A stretch of 64,000 nt of DNA from Phyllosticta citribraziliensis (lineage: Eukaryota). Made by a program: the position numbers and the translations under genes. Shown one piece after another: positions 1 through 11,654 of the stretch. The DNA is taken from contig NW_027117340.1 of assembly GCF_038025025.1 (NCBI RefSeq), positions 2,356,001 through 2,420,000 on the forward strand, in the 5' to 3' direction. Under the pieces are notes generated by a model. It made no database searches and had not been told where the DNA came from. It saw only the letters and a program-made list of their open reading frames with translations. Each line of letters starts with the position of its first letter. Within the stretch, counting starts at the first letter, position 1.

Positions 1-1769
1 TGAGGCTCCTCGATTTCGAAAGTCAACAAGAAGAGGAGGATGACGACGAGGCTCTTGCGCGCGCAGCAGACAACGCCGTTCTAACAGACGACGAAAGCGT
101 TGCCAGCAAGCAAGGCGAGTTTGCGCCGAACCGTTCCAAGGCTCCGCTCCCTGTCCTGCAGTTCAATGCGCTCCTCTCCATGCTCGCCATATTGCACCCG
201 CGCATCAAGACAAAGTACCCCAGCCGCTTCCTGTCCACTTCTCTTCAGGCTGTGCTGAGTAGCTATGGCGAGGCTGGCGCTTACACGAGCGACCTAACCC
301 CTGCGGTGACGCAATTCATCAAGACACTTTCTGGAACCAAGAGACCGCATCTTCCTCCCAGGACTAGCAGCTTTTCGGTGGCGAGCCCTCCCGCCACTGA
401 ATCCGCTCCAGACCCAGAGGCCGCGCTGGAAGAAGCGACCCCTGAGGAGGACGAACTCCAAAAGAGGCTGCTGCAGTCCTTCCTGACCCACATCCTGGAA
501 TATTATCTGGATTCTCTCAGCTCAGACGGGGATCTGCCAGCTCTGGCGGTGACCAGCAGAGTGCATGAGAAGCTTCACCCAGAGAGAACGATACCTAACA
601 AGAAGTCTATCGCGGACCGCTTCAATGAAGAGGAGCCCTTGGTCGCGCGAATCGGCATCGTCGGCCAGCTGGCCGCTCTGGCAGTCGACCTGGAGCTGAG
701 TTCGGACGATCTCTACAAGACCATCATCGACCCGACGCCGGAGGCGAAGAGCCTGTCGAACGAGGAAGACGACCCCCCAGCTTCGGCTTCGGACATTCCC
801 CTTTCAAAAACAGGCGCACTCTATCTCTACACGAAGCGCAAGGTCGGCGAGACGCTGTACGATCAACCCTCGGATGCCAGGGACATGTCGATATTCCCCG
901 ACCACGCAACCGTTTTGCAGAACTATGTTGGTGTCGAGTCGGCTGGAGACAGCGGATTTCACTCGGACGCTCTGATTGACTCGATTTTGGCCCTTGGTGT
1001 TTTGGCGGTGGAGAAAAACGAGGTGGGCGAGCCAAAGGAGGATGACGAGTTTGTGCGTTATCTCCAGACGACGTCGCTCCTCTCGGCCAACAATCCATCG
1101 CCTACCCTGCGCTACCACGCGCACTACCTCACGTCGACAGTCCTCCGCTCTCAACCATCGGATGTCGTGCGCCTATCATTCATCCGGGACACGCTCGAGC
1201 ACTGTCCGTACGAAAACCTCAAAGCCGTCGCCGTCGGTTGGCTCAAGGGCGAGACGGTAGAGGCCAACATGTCTGCCCTGCAACCCTCGAGCGGATCGTC
1301 CGGCCACTTGCACTCGCACTCGCGCAACGTCTCGACGTCGTCTGCCGTTTCCGAGGTCGTCACTCCTTCCATCTTCGCCACTCCCGTCGCTCTAGCTACC
1401 ACGGCGCCCTTCCTCTTTCCCGACCTCAGTTACGACCTGACGGGGCCGTCGCTCAGCGAGGCGTGGACCAAGTTCAAGCTGGACCTCGCCTTCTACCTTG
1501 CAACGCTCAACTTTTACATTCTCCTGCTGACGGCACAGCCGCTGCACAAGCAGCTGGACGTACAAGGCCTGCATGAGGGCAATGACGTGGGAGGCAGCTT
1601 TCTTCACCCGTTGCGCCAGGCAGCGCAGACTTTCAAGAAGGCGCTTGGTGAGGGAGGAGAGCTGGCGGCTGAAGGCGAGGATGTGGAGAGAGGGCTGGCC
1701 GAATTGAGTCTTTTGGAGCATGTTCTGGATCGGGTGGAGGAGGGCGTCAAAGCGCTGAATGCTGCGTGA
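1..1769 (+). CDS. YAP-binding/Ybp1-Ybp2/ALF4/glomulin-like (DUF1760) protein, 5'-truncated by the window edge
   Basis: The frame of ORF 180..1769 is open back to position 3, so the true start lies upstream of the window. The block NPSPTLRYHAHYLTSTVL...RLSFIRDTLEHCPYENLKAVAVGWLKGE resembles the fungal Ybp1/DUF1760 family as I recall it. Confidence 0.7.
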   Translation, partial: RLLDFESQQEEEDDDEALARAADNAVLTDDESVASKQGEFAPNRSKAPLPVLQFNALLSMLAILHPRIKTKYPSRFLSTSLQAVLSSYGEAGAYTSDLTPAVTQFIKTLSGTKRPHLPPRTSSFSVASPPATESAPDPEAALEEATPEEDELQKRLLQSFLTHILEYYLDSLSSDGDLPALAVTSRVHEKLHPERTIPNKKSIADRFNEEEPLVARIGIVGQLAALAVDLELSSDDLYKTIIDPTPEAKSLSNEEDDPPASASDIPLSKTGALYLYTKRKVGETLYDQPSDARDMSIFPDHATVLQNYVGVESAGDSGFHSDALIDSILALGVLAVEKNEVGEPKEDDEFVRYLQTTSLLSANNPSPTLRYHAHYLTSTVLRSQPSDVVRLSFIRDTLEHCPYENLKAVAVGWLKGETVEANMSALQPSSGSSGHLHSHSRNVSTSSAVSEVVTPSIFATPVALATTAPFLFPDLSYDLTGPSLSEAWTKFKLDLAFYLATLNFYILLLTAQPLHKQLDVQGLHEGNDVGGSFLHPLRQAAQTFKKALGEGGELAAEGEDVERGLAELSLLEHVLDRVEEGVKALNAA

Positions 1770-2477
1770 TGAGGCAAATGGTCGCAGCAGCATAGGGTTA
1801 GGTCGTTTTGTGCATGGATCGGATATTTGTGGGCGAACGGGTTTGTTCTGAGGCGAGATGCAAGAATCGATAATTATTTCTGTACCTCTGACGACATGGA
1901 TTGCAAGGGGTGAGTTACACGTGGGGAGGGCAGAGCACGCGGGGGGCGTTCAGGGAGGGCCGACTGGACACCTCCCCCTCCCTCCCGCCAGCAGGCGCTA
2001 AGGCAGCTCGGTCCCACTGTTTCGGAAACGGCGGGGGCGAGGAAGCTGCGGGCCCTGAAGAAGAGGGAATGCCCGAGCTATCCCCATTCCATACCTGCCC
2101 CAGACCTGAGCCACCTAAGGTAAGGCATCGGATCAGGCGAACGTCACGTCTGGCCCCACGGCAGATGATGACGAGAAGTCGACGACAACGGAAGCCATGA
2201 CCTTCGCCGTTGACTAACATCCTTTCTCCTCCTTCTGCGCTGTTCTGTCTTCCTGTTCCACCTCTCCACACCCGTCTACACGTCTTCTTGGGAACCCCAC
2301 ACTTGCCAACGATAAATAAACCCATTCGCGCCCATTGCGCTCTCCAATCCATACCGCTCCCGTCATCTCACCTTCGCTCTCTTGGCCCGCGAGCTAGCTG
2401 CGTAGCCATCAGTCCAGCGACCCTCCCCGATTCTCGAGCCAGACAGTCCAAATCCTCACACCCGCCGTCCACCCATC

Positions 2478-3284
2478 ATGCCGACCACGCACCCGCTCAC
2501 GCACTTCGAGGCCCTCACCTTCGACGTCTACGGCACCCTCGTGGACTGGGAATCAGGCATCTACACAGCCCTCTCGCCGCTGCTCGACCGCCTGCACAGT
2601 CTCAACCCCAACCACCCTTATCTCTCGTCGCGCAGCACCGCCCTCCGCGCCTTCGTGAAGCACGAATCCGCCATCCAATCCAGCCACCCAGACCTCCCAT
2701 ACCCGCTCCTCCTCGGCGAAGCATACAAGGAACTCGTCGAGCAGCTCCCGGTGGAAGCGCCCTCGGAATCCGAAGTCGCGACCTTCGGCGCGAGCGTGGG
2801 GCGCTGGCCCGCGTTCCCGGACACGGTCGACGCGTTGCGTCGGCTGCGCCGCTTCTACAAGCTCGTCGTGCTGTCCAACGTGGACCGCGCCAGCCTGGCA
2901 AACTCGATCGCCGGGCCCCTCGGCGGCACGCCGTTCGACCGCCTCTACACGGCGCAGGACGTCGGCAGCTACAAGCCGGCGCGCGCCAACTTCGACTTCC
3001 TCGTCGCCGGCGTCGAAAAGGACCTGGGCGTGCCGAAAGACAAGATCCTGCATACGGCGCAGAGCCTCTTCCACGACCACGAACCGGCCAGGGAGGTCGG
3101 ATTGGCTAGCGCGTGGATTGCCCGTGGCACCCGTGAGGGCGAGGCGGAGAGCATCATGGGCGGCAAGATTGACGACTTCGAGGGCCGCGTCGACTTTTCG
3201 TGGAAGTTCCATTCTATGGGCGAGATGGCTGATGCTGTCGAAGAGGCGTTCAAGAAGGAGGGATTGGAGCCGAGGAGACCTTGA
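2478..3284 (+). CDS. Haloacid dehalogenase type II-like HAD hydrolase (268 aa, intronless)
   Basis: HAD motif I TFDVYGTLVDWE, motif II LSNVD, motif III YKP and motif IV HTAQSLFHDH; strong GC3 bias. Confidence 0.9.
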   Translation: MPTTHPLTHFEALTFDVYGTLVDWESGIYTALSPLLDRLHSLNPNHPYLSSRSTALRAFVKHESAIQSSHPDLPYPLLLGEAYKELVEQLPVEAPSESEVATFGASVGRWPAFPDTVDALRRLRRFYKLVVLSNVDRASLANSIAGPLGGTPFDRLYTAQDVGSYKPARANFDFLVAGVEKDLGVPKDKILHTAQSLFHDHEPAREVGLASAWIARGTREGEAESIMGGKIDDFEGRVDFSWKFHSMGEMADAVEEAFKKEGLEPRRP

Positions 3285-4307
3285 GTGACCTGGGCCGACT
3301 GCTGCATGCACTCTTCTATTCCATGGAGAGAAATGAGAGAGGCGACGCGAGGTAGCTGGCAGGGAGCTACGTCGGAGTAAGTCAATGAAGAAGAAGTTGG
3401 TCCAAAAGTCGCCTTGTCTTGTACCGATACCTCTGTTTGTATTCTACTGCTACTGCCACTACTGTACGATGGCGGGTTTTCTAGTTGCTTTGCTTGCGTC
3501 TGAGCGACCTGTATCTCTTTCGTTGCTGTTGTCGCCGCTTGCGTTGTCTGTGTGTGATGCAGCTAGACGACTACTATTCGTGTCATTGATTTGGACTTGA
3601 TCGAGTTCAATGGTTACGGCAGAGTACTCGATGGACGGACGGCCTGCTCCTTAGGTAGAGTGAACGGGATGATTGATACTGAATACTATGAACGTGTGTG
3701 GAATCACATACACACATTGCCCCTTGTGGATCAGCAAATTCGCTTACGCGCAACGAACGCATGAACTCGGTTGAACTTCCAGTGTCTTTGTGAATGCCTT
3801 CAATTGACTGGCCGACTGAGCAAGCGCTCTCAGATGAAGCATGTCCGGAGCGCGTGGTCTTGCGTCCCCTTTTGTTTTTGATGCCGTGGCCGGCCCCCTT
3901 CCTTTTGTCATTTTCCTTGGTTACTTATTGGTCAGTGTATTTACTCACTGCGTCCACTTGGGGTTTATGTTGACTGGTGGACTTCTTGATGCTTTTTCTT
4001 GTCCTTTCTCTTTAAACTGGAAAGGATATCTCAGTGGCGTGTGGTGCATGTGTGGTTAGTTGGAGAAGATGTTTTACACCGCGACGCTGTCTACTGGTGC
4101 GAAATAATGTCTCTTGTGGTAAGTTGACGGGTCTGAGAGACTGCCACAGAACTACATGATCTCTCGGGTCCTTTCCTATTGAGACAGCCCCTCGATGAGT
4201 ATAGCATAAGTGTTCCCAAAAGACGCTTCTTATCCTATCAATCCAGCAAACCGTTGGGCCCGACACTGGCTCCAACACCCGCCTCCTTATTCGCCAGCTA
4301 CATGTGT

Positions 4308-6196
4308 TTAGAACGGTATACAGTCCGCCTGGGTAGTGCTCCTCCTGGCGCGCTTGGAAGCTCGCGCCGGCGGCGACGGCGGCGATGCGCTCGTCGGGCT
4401 CTCGGCCGCCGTCTCATACTGATACTCGCTGCCTCCACTCCCTCCACTGGGCGCGCGCATCACCCTCTCCCTGCGCTTCTGTCGCCTGCTGTCGGCTTTG
4501 CTACTGCCCTTGAGCGCAACGCCCTCCTCTCCATTCCTGCGTTTGGTCCCAGGCTTGGCCGTTTTCGCGTCGGTCTCCTTCTTGCTCTTCTTCGCCCGCG
4601 GCTCATCGTCGCCCGGCTCCCCTTGCTGCCGCTGCTGCTGCTGCTCTGACCGTTCTTCTTTCACGTCGCCCGTCTCTTCTTCTGTCGCCTGCGACAGGAA
4701 CGACGAGCGCTTGCGCTTCCGGCCCGCACGCGCCTTGGCCGCGACTGCCTTGCTCGCCATGGCGCGGCGCGCGCGGGCCTCGGCCAGCCGGCGATCGACT
4801 TCATTGCTAATGTCGTCGAATTCGGAACGGAGCGCCAGTTGCGCCGAGGAGGCGTACGCGGGGTGGATGTCGCTGGCGGTGTTTGGTGTCGTGGGCTGTT
4901 CGTCTTTAGGTTCGTGTCCTCGTTGTTGCGGGGTCGCGCCCGTCGATGGGGAGTCTCTGACTGAGAACGTGGCCATGGGCGGGGGCTGGGGCTGGGGCCG
5001 GGCCATTGATTTTGTGGGCTCGTCGAGTCGCGCTCTCTTGCCTGACTTGGGCGCTGCGGTCTCGGCTGGGCTTGATCCTGTTTCCGCTGCGTCCAATGCT
5101 TCGGCACATATGGGAACGGTATCTGCATGTCTTTTCTTGTGTTGTTCTGCTGCGGGTGCTGGAGATGATTTTGCCGGTCCCGGTGTCGGCTGGTTCGATG
5201 ATTTCGCATTCTGGTTGGTTTGAATGTGGGCTGGGGACATTCTCGGCCTCTTGCTCTGCGGATACGTTTGAGGACTGCCATCGTTCGCATCGCTGCTCAG
5301 GCGCCGTTTGTATCCGGCAGTTGGGGTTGTGGTGGGAGCACAAAAGTGGCGCACAAGTATGGGGTCCACGTGATGGCTTTTGATCCGCGTCCCATTGAGC
5401 TGTGAGGCTGCCCTATTTGCGGCCTGGTAATCGGATAGGTCCAAGGTAGCCATGTATCGCGTCTTGCACTCCCCGGAGAGACCATGGATCTTGGTTTCGG
5501 CGAGCCGGGGCAGACGCAGAGTGTGCTTGAAGGTAATCCTGAGATGGAGGATTAGAACACATCAACTGGCGCGTACCGCGTCACTTACGGGCCAACGCTC
5601 TCGAAGTGCTTCTGCAGCTCTTCTCCATGTACATCAAGAGGTATGTTTGCCACGATTATGCGGTTTTGCATACTTCCCTCGTCCTTGGATTCATCCGGAA
5701 ACAGATTTTGATGCCAGGGAGGCCGCATCGATTGGAACGATTTGAGCATTCCATTTGGAAATGGTGGAAGGACTGGTGGAAATGCCGGCATGTACAAATT
5801 CGGATGCTCAGAGACGCGCTGACGCTTTGCGGCATTCCCAACTTGGTCCGGTTCCGTGCTTCTTCTCCACGACGGCTTGTTTGAAATATTATTGGTCTGG
5901 GTGTTGGCAGATGGCTTTGGCTGCGTCCGGCTTGCGTTCAATGCAGCAGGACTGCTGTCTTGAATTTGAAGGCCCTCCATGAGTTCCCCAGCGCGCTTTG
6001 CGTCGTGCAAGATTTTCTCAGCTCTTTCGTTCATCTGCCTGAGTTCGGCTGCGACAGGAGTAGACTGGCTACTCTGGATAGCGGATACGTAGTCACGGAT
6101 TTGCCGCATCATGGCCTGATGGCTTTTCAAATTTGATAGGTGTGCTTCCAAAAGCGCGTCCAGCGCGGCTTTGTTTGGCGCTGCCATGTTAAGCAT
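4308..6196 (-). CDS. Divergent RRM-domain protein with many basic NLS-like motifs; 2 exons (6196-5589, 5538-4308)
   Basis: A 50-nt GTAAGT..CTAAT..CTCAG intron (5588-5539) joins ORFs 5585..6196 and 4308..5453 in frame. The product is RRM-like: NRIIVANIPLDVHGEELQKHFESVGPITF...YMATLDLSDYQAANRAASQLNGTRIKSHHV. Confidence 0.7.
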
Positions 6197-8004
6197 TGAA
6201 TGATTTGGTTTAGGATAAGATTATCGCAGGGATGTCGTATGCGGCGTAATGGTCGTGATCATGTCCTCTGTGACATGCTTGCAATCCAAGAGCTAGTGGG
6301 TCTGGACAGGCCAAGGATGATTCGAAGTTGCGTGTTTTGTTGTCGAGGGCGGGAGACGGTTGACCTGGCTGGGGGACGTCACGTCTTGGCCAATCTCGTC
6401 GAATCGGACCGAAGTTGCGGCAGATCTGCAGCATGGATCAACTGCAACGCGTCTTGCTGTTCAACGACGCCGCGACACCGCAAAACCAACAACCTCGACT
6501 TCTTTTGTCGCAACTGCTTGAAGGACCCATCGCTCACCGGAGTCACCATGTCGAAGGTGAGCGTCAAAGTTTCTCGTCGATTGAACCAGCCGACTCGTGT
6601 TTCTTCACGCCCAGGCCACCGCTGCAACTCTTGCAATCGCGCTTTCGCTGCGTCTTTACGATGGCAGCCCTGTCTCTGGTCATCGATGCTCATGAGAGCT
6701 TGACCATCATGTCAGCCTGGAGACAAGGAATCTCGCGATGCGACGATCAATCTTAAAGGGCCATTGGAAGCTGGCCTTGTCAGAGCGTCTGCCACCCGCC
6801 CGCCGCGGCGCGAATCCATTTTCGACATGTGCCGATTATTTTGAATGATAACTTCACAGGAAACGCAGCTTCTTGACTCGGCACTTTGCTAACAGCTAAC
6901 ATGATGCTGCCGACGCAGACTCGATGATCAGCACACACGCATTCTCTACCCAATCCACTCTGACGGAATCCTCAATGACCACCTTGCAGCCGCCCTTTCC
7001 GTTGTCAACGCGAAGCGTCCCCCAACCCGAATGTGTATTTACAAGGCCACAGCGTTCAGGAGATGCTTAGCCCTAGGGCTCTCCATGAGTTCATCCGCGC
7101 AAGTATACTGTCTCAGCGTGGCGTGGTTCACTCAGAGCCCGCTGCCGAGCGATGCGTCAGGCCAAGATCAAAGCACTGTACGTTTGGGCCCCTACTGCAA
7201 CTCTAAGTAGGGGGCACAGATACGCAGCCAACATGTTGGATATGGTTATCAGATGGAGCAATCTTCCTCGAAGAACCTGATGCGAGTGCTTTGGAGAAAC
7301 CCCACCATTCATCCCACTTTGATTACTCGGGGACCGCCGAATGGTCCAAAGTCTGCGACGAGAATACATTGAATGGCTCTTGTCCCAATCCGTAGGAGCT
7401 TGAACAGGTCTTGAACCGGTAACTTGGAGCGGTTGTCCAATTCCAGGCCTGGAGAAAGGGCGTGAGGATGGGGGCTTCTCTTTGCACAATAGCCACGGCA
7501 TGCGATCATCATCGGCACATTGGCCGCTCTGAATTTGCCTTTGTGGAAAAGGAAAAAAAGAAAACAGAGATCCTGGCCACTGATATAGCGCTTCGCAAAA
7601 GACCGATTTGTCCATGGCTCAAATGATCAGAAAGACGACTGGGCAGCGGCGTCTGGCAGTATATTCACTCCAATGAAGCCATTGAAAGCGGACGTTATTG
7701 CCAAAATATTCAGCCTTTGCAACCAGCCAAGCTGATCTTTTCTATTTTTAGCTTATCGCGTCTACTCCGCATATCAGCGTGTCGTCGTGACCCCTCACGC
7801 CCTTCACGCCCTGCGTTGACATGTGGATGATGATATCGGCTCACGCAATAGTGTTCCGAGTGCGAACTAGTCCAGCGTATAATATTTAGGAGTCTAGGTA
7901 TTTAACAGTCAGGCTATTCAACTCCAATGGTCTTTTCATTAGCTTTTGCATCCCGTTTTTCTCGCAAGACCATCCCAAATTTGTGATTCTTCTCCACCTC
8001 AGTC

Positions 8005-9196
8005 ATGGGTTCTCAACAAAAAAAGTCAAACGTTCTTCTCGTTGGAAGCGGTGGTGTGGGGACCATAGCAGCGGTGAACCTCGAGGTCGGCGGACTCGCT
8101 GAAGTTACGGCGGTGTTGAGATCGAACCACGATGCTGTGGTAAAGAATGGCTTCCACATCAAGTCGTGCGACCACGGCGTATTGTCAGGATGGCGGCCAT
8201 CAAAAAGTAATTTCCTGATTCAGATCAAACTCACGCCTTCATGTATACTGACTGGAAGATGTCAGTCGTCAAATCCATCCCAGACGTGCAAAAAGAAAAT
8301 CTGCCACCGTACGACTACATTGTCATGAGCACCAAAAACATTCCCGACGTACCACCCACAGCAGCGGACTTGATCAAATCCGCTATAACGCCGCACCACA
8401 CGACGGTAGTCCTGATCCAAAACGGGCTGAACATCGAGAAGCCCTTCTTCGCCGCCTTCCCTAACAACGCAGTACTCAGCGGCGTCAGCCTCATCGGCTC
8501 GCACGAAATATCCCACGGCGTGATCGAGCACGACGACAACGACCGGCTGGTGCTGGGCCCGTTCCGCAACCCAAACCTCGACGCCGCGTACGAGGAAAAG
8601 GTGGCCAAGGAGTTTGCGCGCATCTACAGCGCCGGCGGCAAGACCAACTGCACGTACACGGCCGACGTGGGCTTCAGCCGCTGGAAGAAGCTTGTGTACA
8701 ACGCGTGCCTCAACAGCATCTGCGCCATCACGGGGCTCGACACGGGCCGCATCCGGCTCGCCGACGGCGCGCTCGACGCCCTCGTGCGCCCGGCTATGGA
8801 GGAGATTCGCGCGGCGGCTAAGAAGGCTGGCTACGATTTGCCGCCTGAAGTCGTCGAGGCTACCATCGACATGGATCCGCTCACAATGTATCTGCCGCCG
8901 TCGATGCTGAATGACTTGCGCAAGGTACGTCGACACCAGCTCTTTCCCCATATTGATCAAGCAAGAGAGGGGAAGCGTGAGAAACCGAATATGTCGAGCT
9001 AACAGACACGCAGGGCAACTTCATCGAAGCAGAAAATATCCTCGGTGAACCAATCCGCGAAGCTGAAGCCCTGGGCGTTCCGACGCCCACGCTCAAGGTC
9101 CTGTATGGCCTCTTGAAGGCCATTCAGTGGCGCACCAAGGAGGCACGGGGGATGGTGGAAATTCCGCCAAAGGAGGACTTTGTGGCTCAGTCTTGA
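8005..9196 (+). CDS. Ketopantoate reductase (PanE/ApbA) family oxidoreductase; 3 exons (8005-8206, 8266-8924, 9014-9196)
   Basis: Rossmann motif GSGGVG, LIQNGL, RWKKLVYNACLN, PSMLND and IEAENILGEP. GT-AG introns 8207-8265 and 8925-9013 keep the frame. Confidence 0.88.
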
Positions 9197-9936
9197 CTCA
9201 ACATGCAAGGCGAAAGGAGACTGCGCTCCGTGCTGTGAACGGCTGGTAGAATCGACCACGACATTTGGGAACCGATCAGGGCATGTCGTTCTCTTTGCTA
9301 CTAGCAAGGGGGACAGGTTTTGGTCAGCCGTTCGTGTAAATATGAGTTGTCCCACTGGAAGTCCAATGATGACAAAGTTTCAAACGCCATGGCTTCGATG
9401 CGCAAGGAAGCTTGATTTGGGTGAGCAATGAGGCGAAACACGTCTAAATAGACACAACCACATATCTGTGGCTCCCCAGAATGCTAGCTTCCACTGGACA
9501 GAACACGCAGATGCAGCTCCTCGTGGAAGTAGCAGCCTCAGTCCCGACACGACTCTCGACGCCCATGTCCCCCACGGCTTAGGTTTTGTATAAGGTTACT
9601 GCTTGTAACTCCTGTTAAATTCAAATATGCAATGCACGTGCCTACAAGGAGATAGGTGGCTGTTGCCCCTGGCTGTTGAGACCGAGTTCAGGGCGCGCCT
9701 TCCTCTTTTCCGCCCTATCGTTGCTTTGATTGTGGGGCGAGAGAGGGGACCTAGTTGCGCATGTCTAAGCCACGGCAATCATGCTCAAGACTGATTGACA
9801 TGTGTAGCGCAGACTGGGACCATGGGTGATGTCCCGGCTCATGCACCACATGCTCAGGGCGTCTGCAGTCACCGAGTACAGTCCAAGATTACGGATTGCG
9901 GCTTGAAGCCCGTCATTCCAAACTTGATTCAGCTCT

Positions 9937-11235
9937 TCAGTCGTCAACGCGTGCCCTTTTGCCTTCACGCTCGTCACGGTCCCTCTCCGCTCCACCAACC
10001 CGTTTCCTCTCGCCCACAGGGCGTGCGTTGGCACCCGTAGCGCCGTCTCTGCCCTCCCACCCGCCACCAGCATCCGGGCGGAACCGTTCGTCGACGCCTC
10101 TGAAATCGCCTCCTCCGGGCCCACCTCTCCTCCGATCCAAAAAGTCGCCCCACCTGCCCGTATCCTCGCTCTTCATGTCCTTGTACTTTGTGCGACCCTT
10201 GCGACCGAGCTTGGTCATGTCGCGAATCTGCATGTACTCGGGGAGCGTGTCGACGTCGCGCACCTGGTCAGTAAAGCGGCTGCCCATAATGTCGCGGCGG
10301 TCGAGGCCCATGTCTGCCGCGTCGTCCTGGAAGAAGGCGCCGCGGTGGAAGTACTTCTGCATGCCGGCCATGGTTCCCTTGCCCGCGCGCTCCTCCTTTT
10401 GCTGTGCCAGGTACGCCGCGTCTTCGGCCTCGCGCTCCGGCGTCGTGAGGTTGCGCCGCCGCTCGATTTCCTCGCGCTCCTTTTCGGCCTCCTCGATGGC
10501 GAGCCGCTCGCGCTTGACGCGCCGTAGTTCGCGCAGCCGCCATGCTGCGTGCTCCTCTTCTGGATCGATGCCGTCCGTGTCGTCGATTTCTGCGTCTGAG
10601 CCCAAGTTGTCTTCGTCGTCCCAGTGCTTCTTGCCCGCTGCGCGCGCCGCGGCCGCCAGTTCCAACTGTTCTTGCACCAAAGCGTCCGCCTTTGCTTTGC
10701 GACGCGCTTCCTCTTCGGCCTGTATCTCGTGCTCTGACTTTTGTACCGCGGCAGCGTCGTTCCCATTTGTCCCATTCTTTCGCTGATCCTTTTTGAGGAA
10801 GACGGGCCGTAGCAGCTTTCGCCGACGCGCGGCTTCGTCATCACTGCTCTCGTCGCTCTCTTCCTCTTCGGAGCTGCTTTCTTCACTGCCGCTCCCGCTC
10901 CCGCTCCCACTCTCGCTTTCGCTCTCTGTCTCGAACCCTTCCTCCGCGGCGTTCCTCGCTGCCTTCTCTGCCGCTAATCGCCGTTCCTCAGCTTGTATTG
11001 CTTCGCGCCGGCGAGCATTCAAGTCGACATTTTTGAGATTGTTGGCGATTTGACCCGCGCCGGCGGGAAACGAAGTGGCCTTGGGCGCGGTGGATTGCTT
11101 GCTTTGCCGCTCGGGCTCTTCGTCGTCGGGCTCGGAGTCGGACTCGGAGGATGAGGAGTGCTCTTCGGCCGTGGGCTTTCCAGGTCGGTAGCGCGCAGGG
11201 CGAATGGGGTTCGCCGTCATGCGTTTTGGAGGCAT
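9937..11235 (-). CDS. MFAP1: Microfibrillar-associated protein 1 (MFAP1/Saf3), spliceosomal Prp38-binding factor
   Basis: Motifs RYRPGK, LLRPVF, DDTDGIDPEEEHAAWRLRELRRVKRER, MQKYFHRGAFFQD and GRKGRTKYKD; intronless, 432 aa. Confidence 0.92.
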   Translation of the reverse strand: MPPKRMTANPIRPARYRPGKPTAEEHSSSSESDSEPDDEEPERQSKQSTAPKATSFPAGAGQIANNLKNVDLNARRREAIQAEERRLAAEKAARNAAEEGFETESESESGSGSGSGSEESSSEEEESDESSDDEAARRRKLLRPVFLKKDQRKNGTNGNDAAAVQKSEHEIQAEEEARRKAKADALVQEQLELAAAARAAGKKHWDDEDNLGSDAEIDDTDGIDPEEEHAAWRLRELRRVKRERLAIEEAEKEREEIERRRNLTTPEREAEDAAYLAQQKEERAGKGTMAGMQKYFHRGAFFQDDAADMGLDRRDIMGSRFTDQVRDVDTLPEYMQIRDMTKLGRKGRTKYKDMKSEDTGRWGDFLDRRRGGPGGGDFRGVDERFRPDAGGGWEGRDGATGANARPVGERKRVGGAERDRDEREGKRARVDD

Positions 11236-11654
11236 GGTAGGCGGTCCGGTGGTTGGTTTGCGGGGCGCAATTGCAAACTTCTCGAATGGATAGCAGGCTC
11301 AGGCCGTGTTGCTCCCAGAGATTAATGCTGTTGGAAAGTGCTTGTAAAAAGAGGCGCTGCTGAGGACTCGATTGGCGTGATTGGGTGTACTGTTCAGAGG
11401 TAGCGGAAGAGACGAGTGTCGTTGGCGTTAGGTTCGGTCCGCGCCAAGCTTCATACTAGCGCCGTAGGGCTGAGAGCTGGCACAGCAGGGGTGCTCCTCA
11501 GGGCTTTGAGTTGTAGGTAGACAAAAATCGCGAATTTGAGTCAAGACAAGGCAAAGAGTTTACCATTAGCTTCATCGGCTGGGCTGTGGCGCAGCTCCTC
11601 CATACTCTAAATGTACTGCCTATGCTAGAACAACCATGCACCACGCCATGCCGC

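Noticed and set aside
1766..1851. C/D-box snoRNA-like GTGATGA...CTGA
   Set aside because: The C-box is just the tandem stop codons of the first gene; there is no terminal stem or recognisable rRNA guide.
2120..2393. Possible 5'UTR intron (GTAAGG, GACTAAC) with a ~195-nt AG-free stretch upstream of the HAD gene
   Set aside because: Better explained as a pyrimidine-rich core promoter with a TATA-like ATAAATAAA; the branch-to-AG distance is implausible.
6200..6756. Overlapping 70-170 aa ORFs upstream of the RRM gene
   Set aside because: No domain, codon bias or consistent splice signals.
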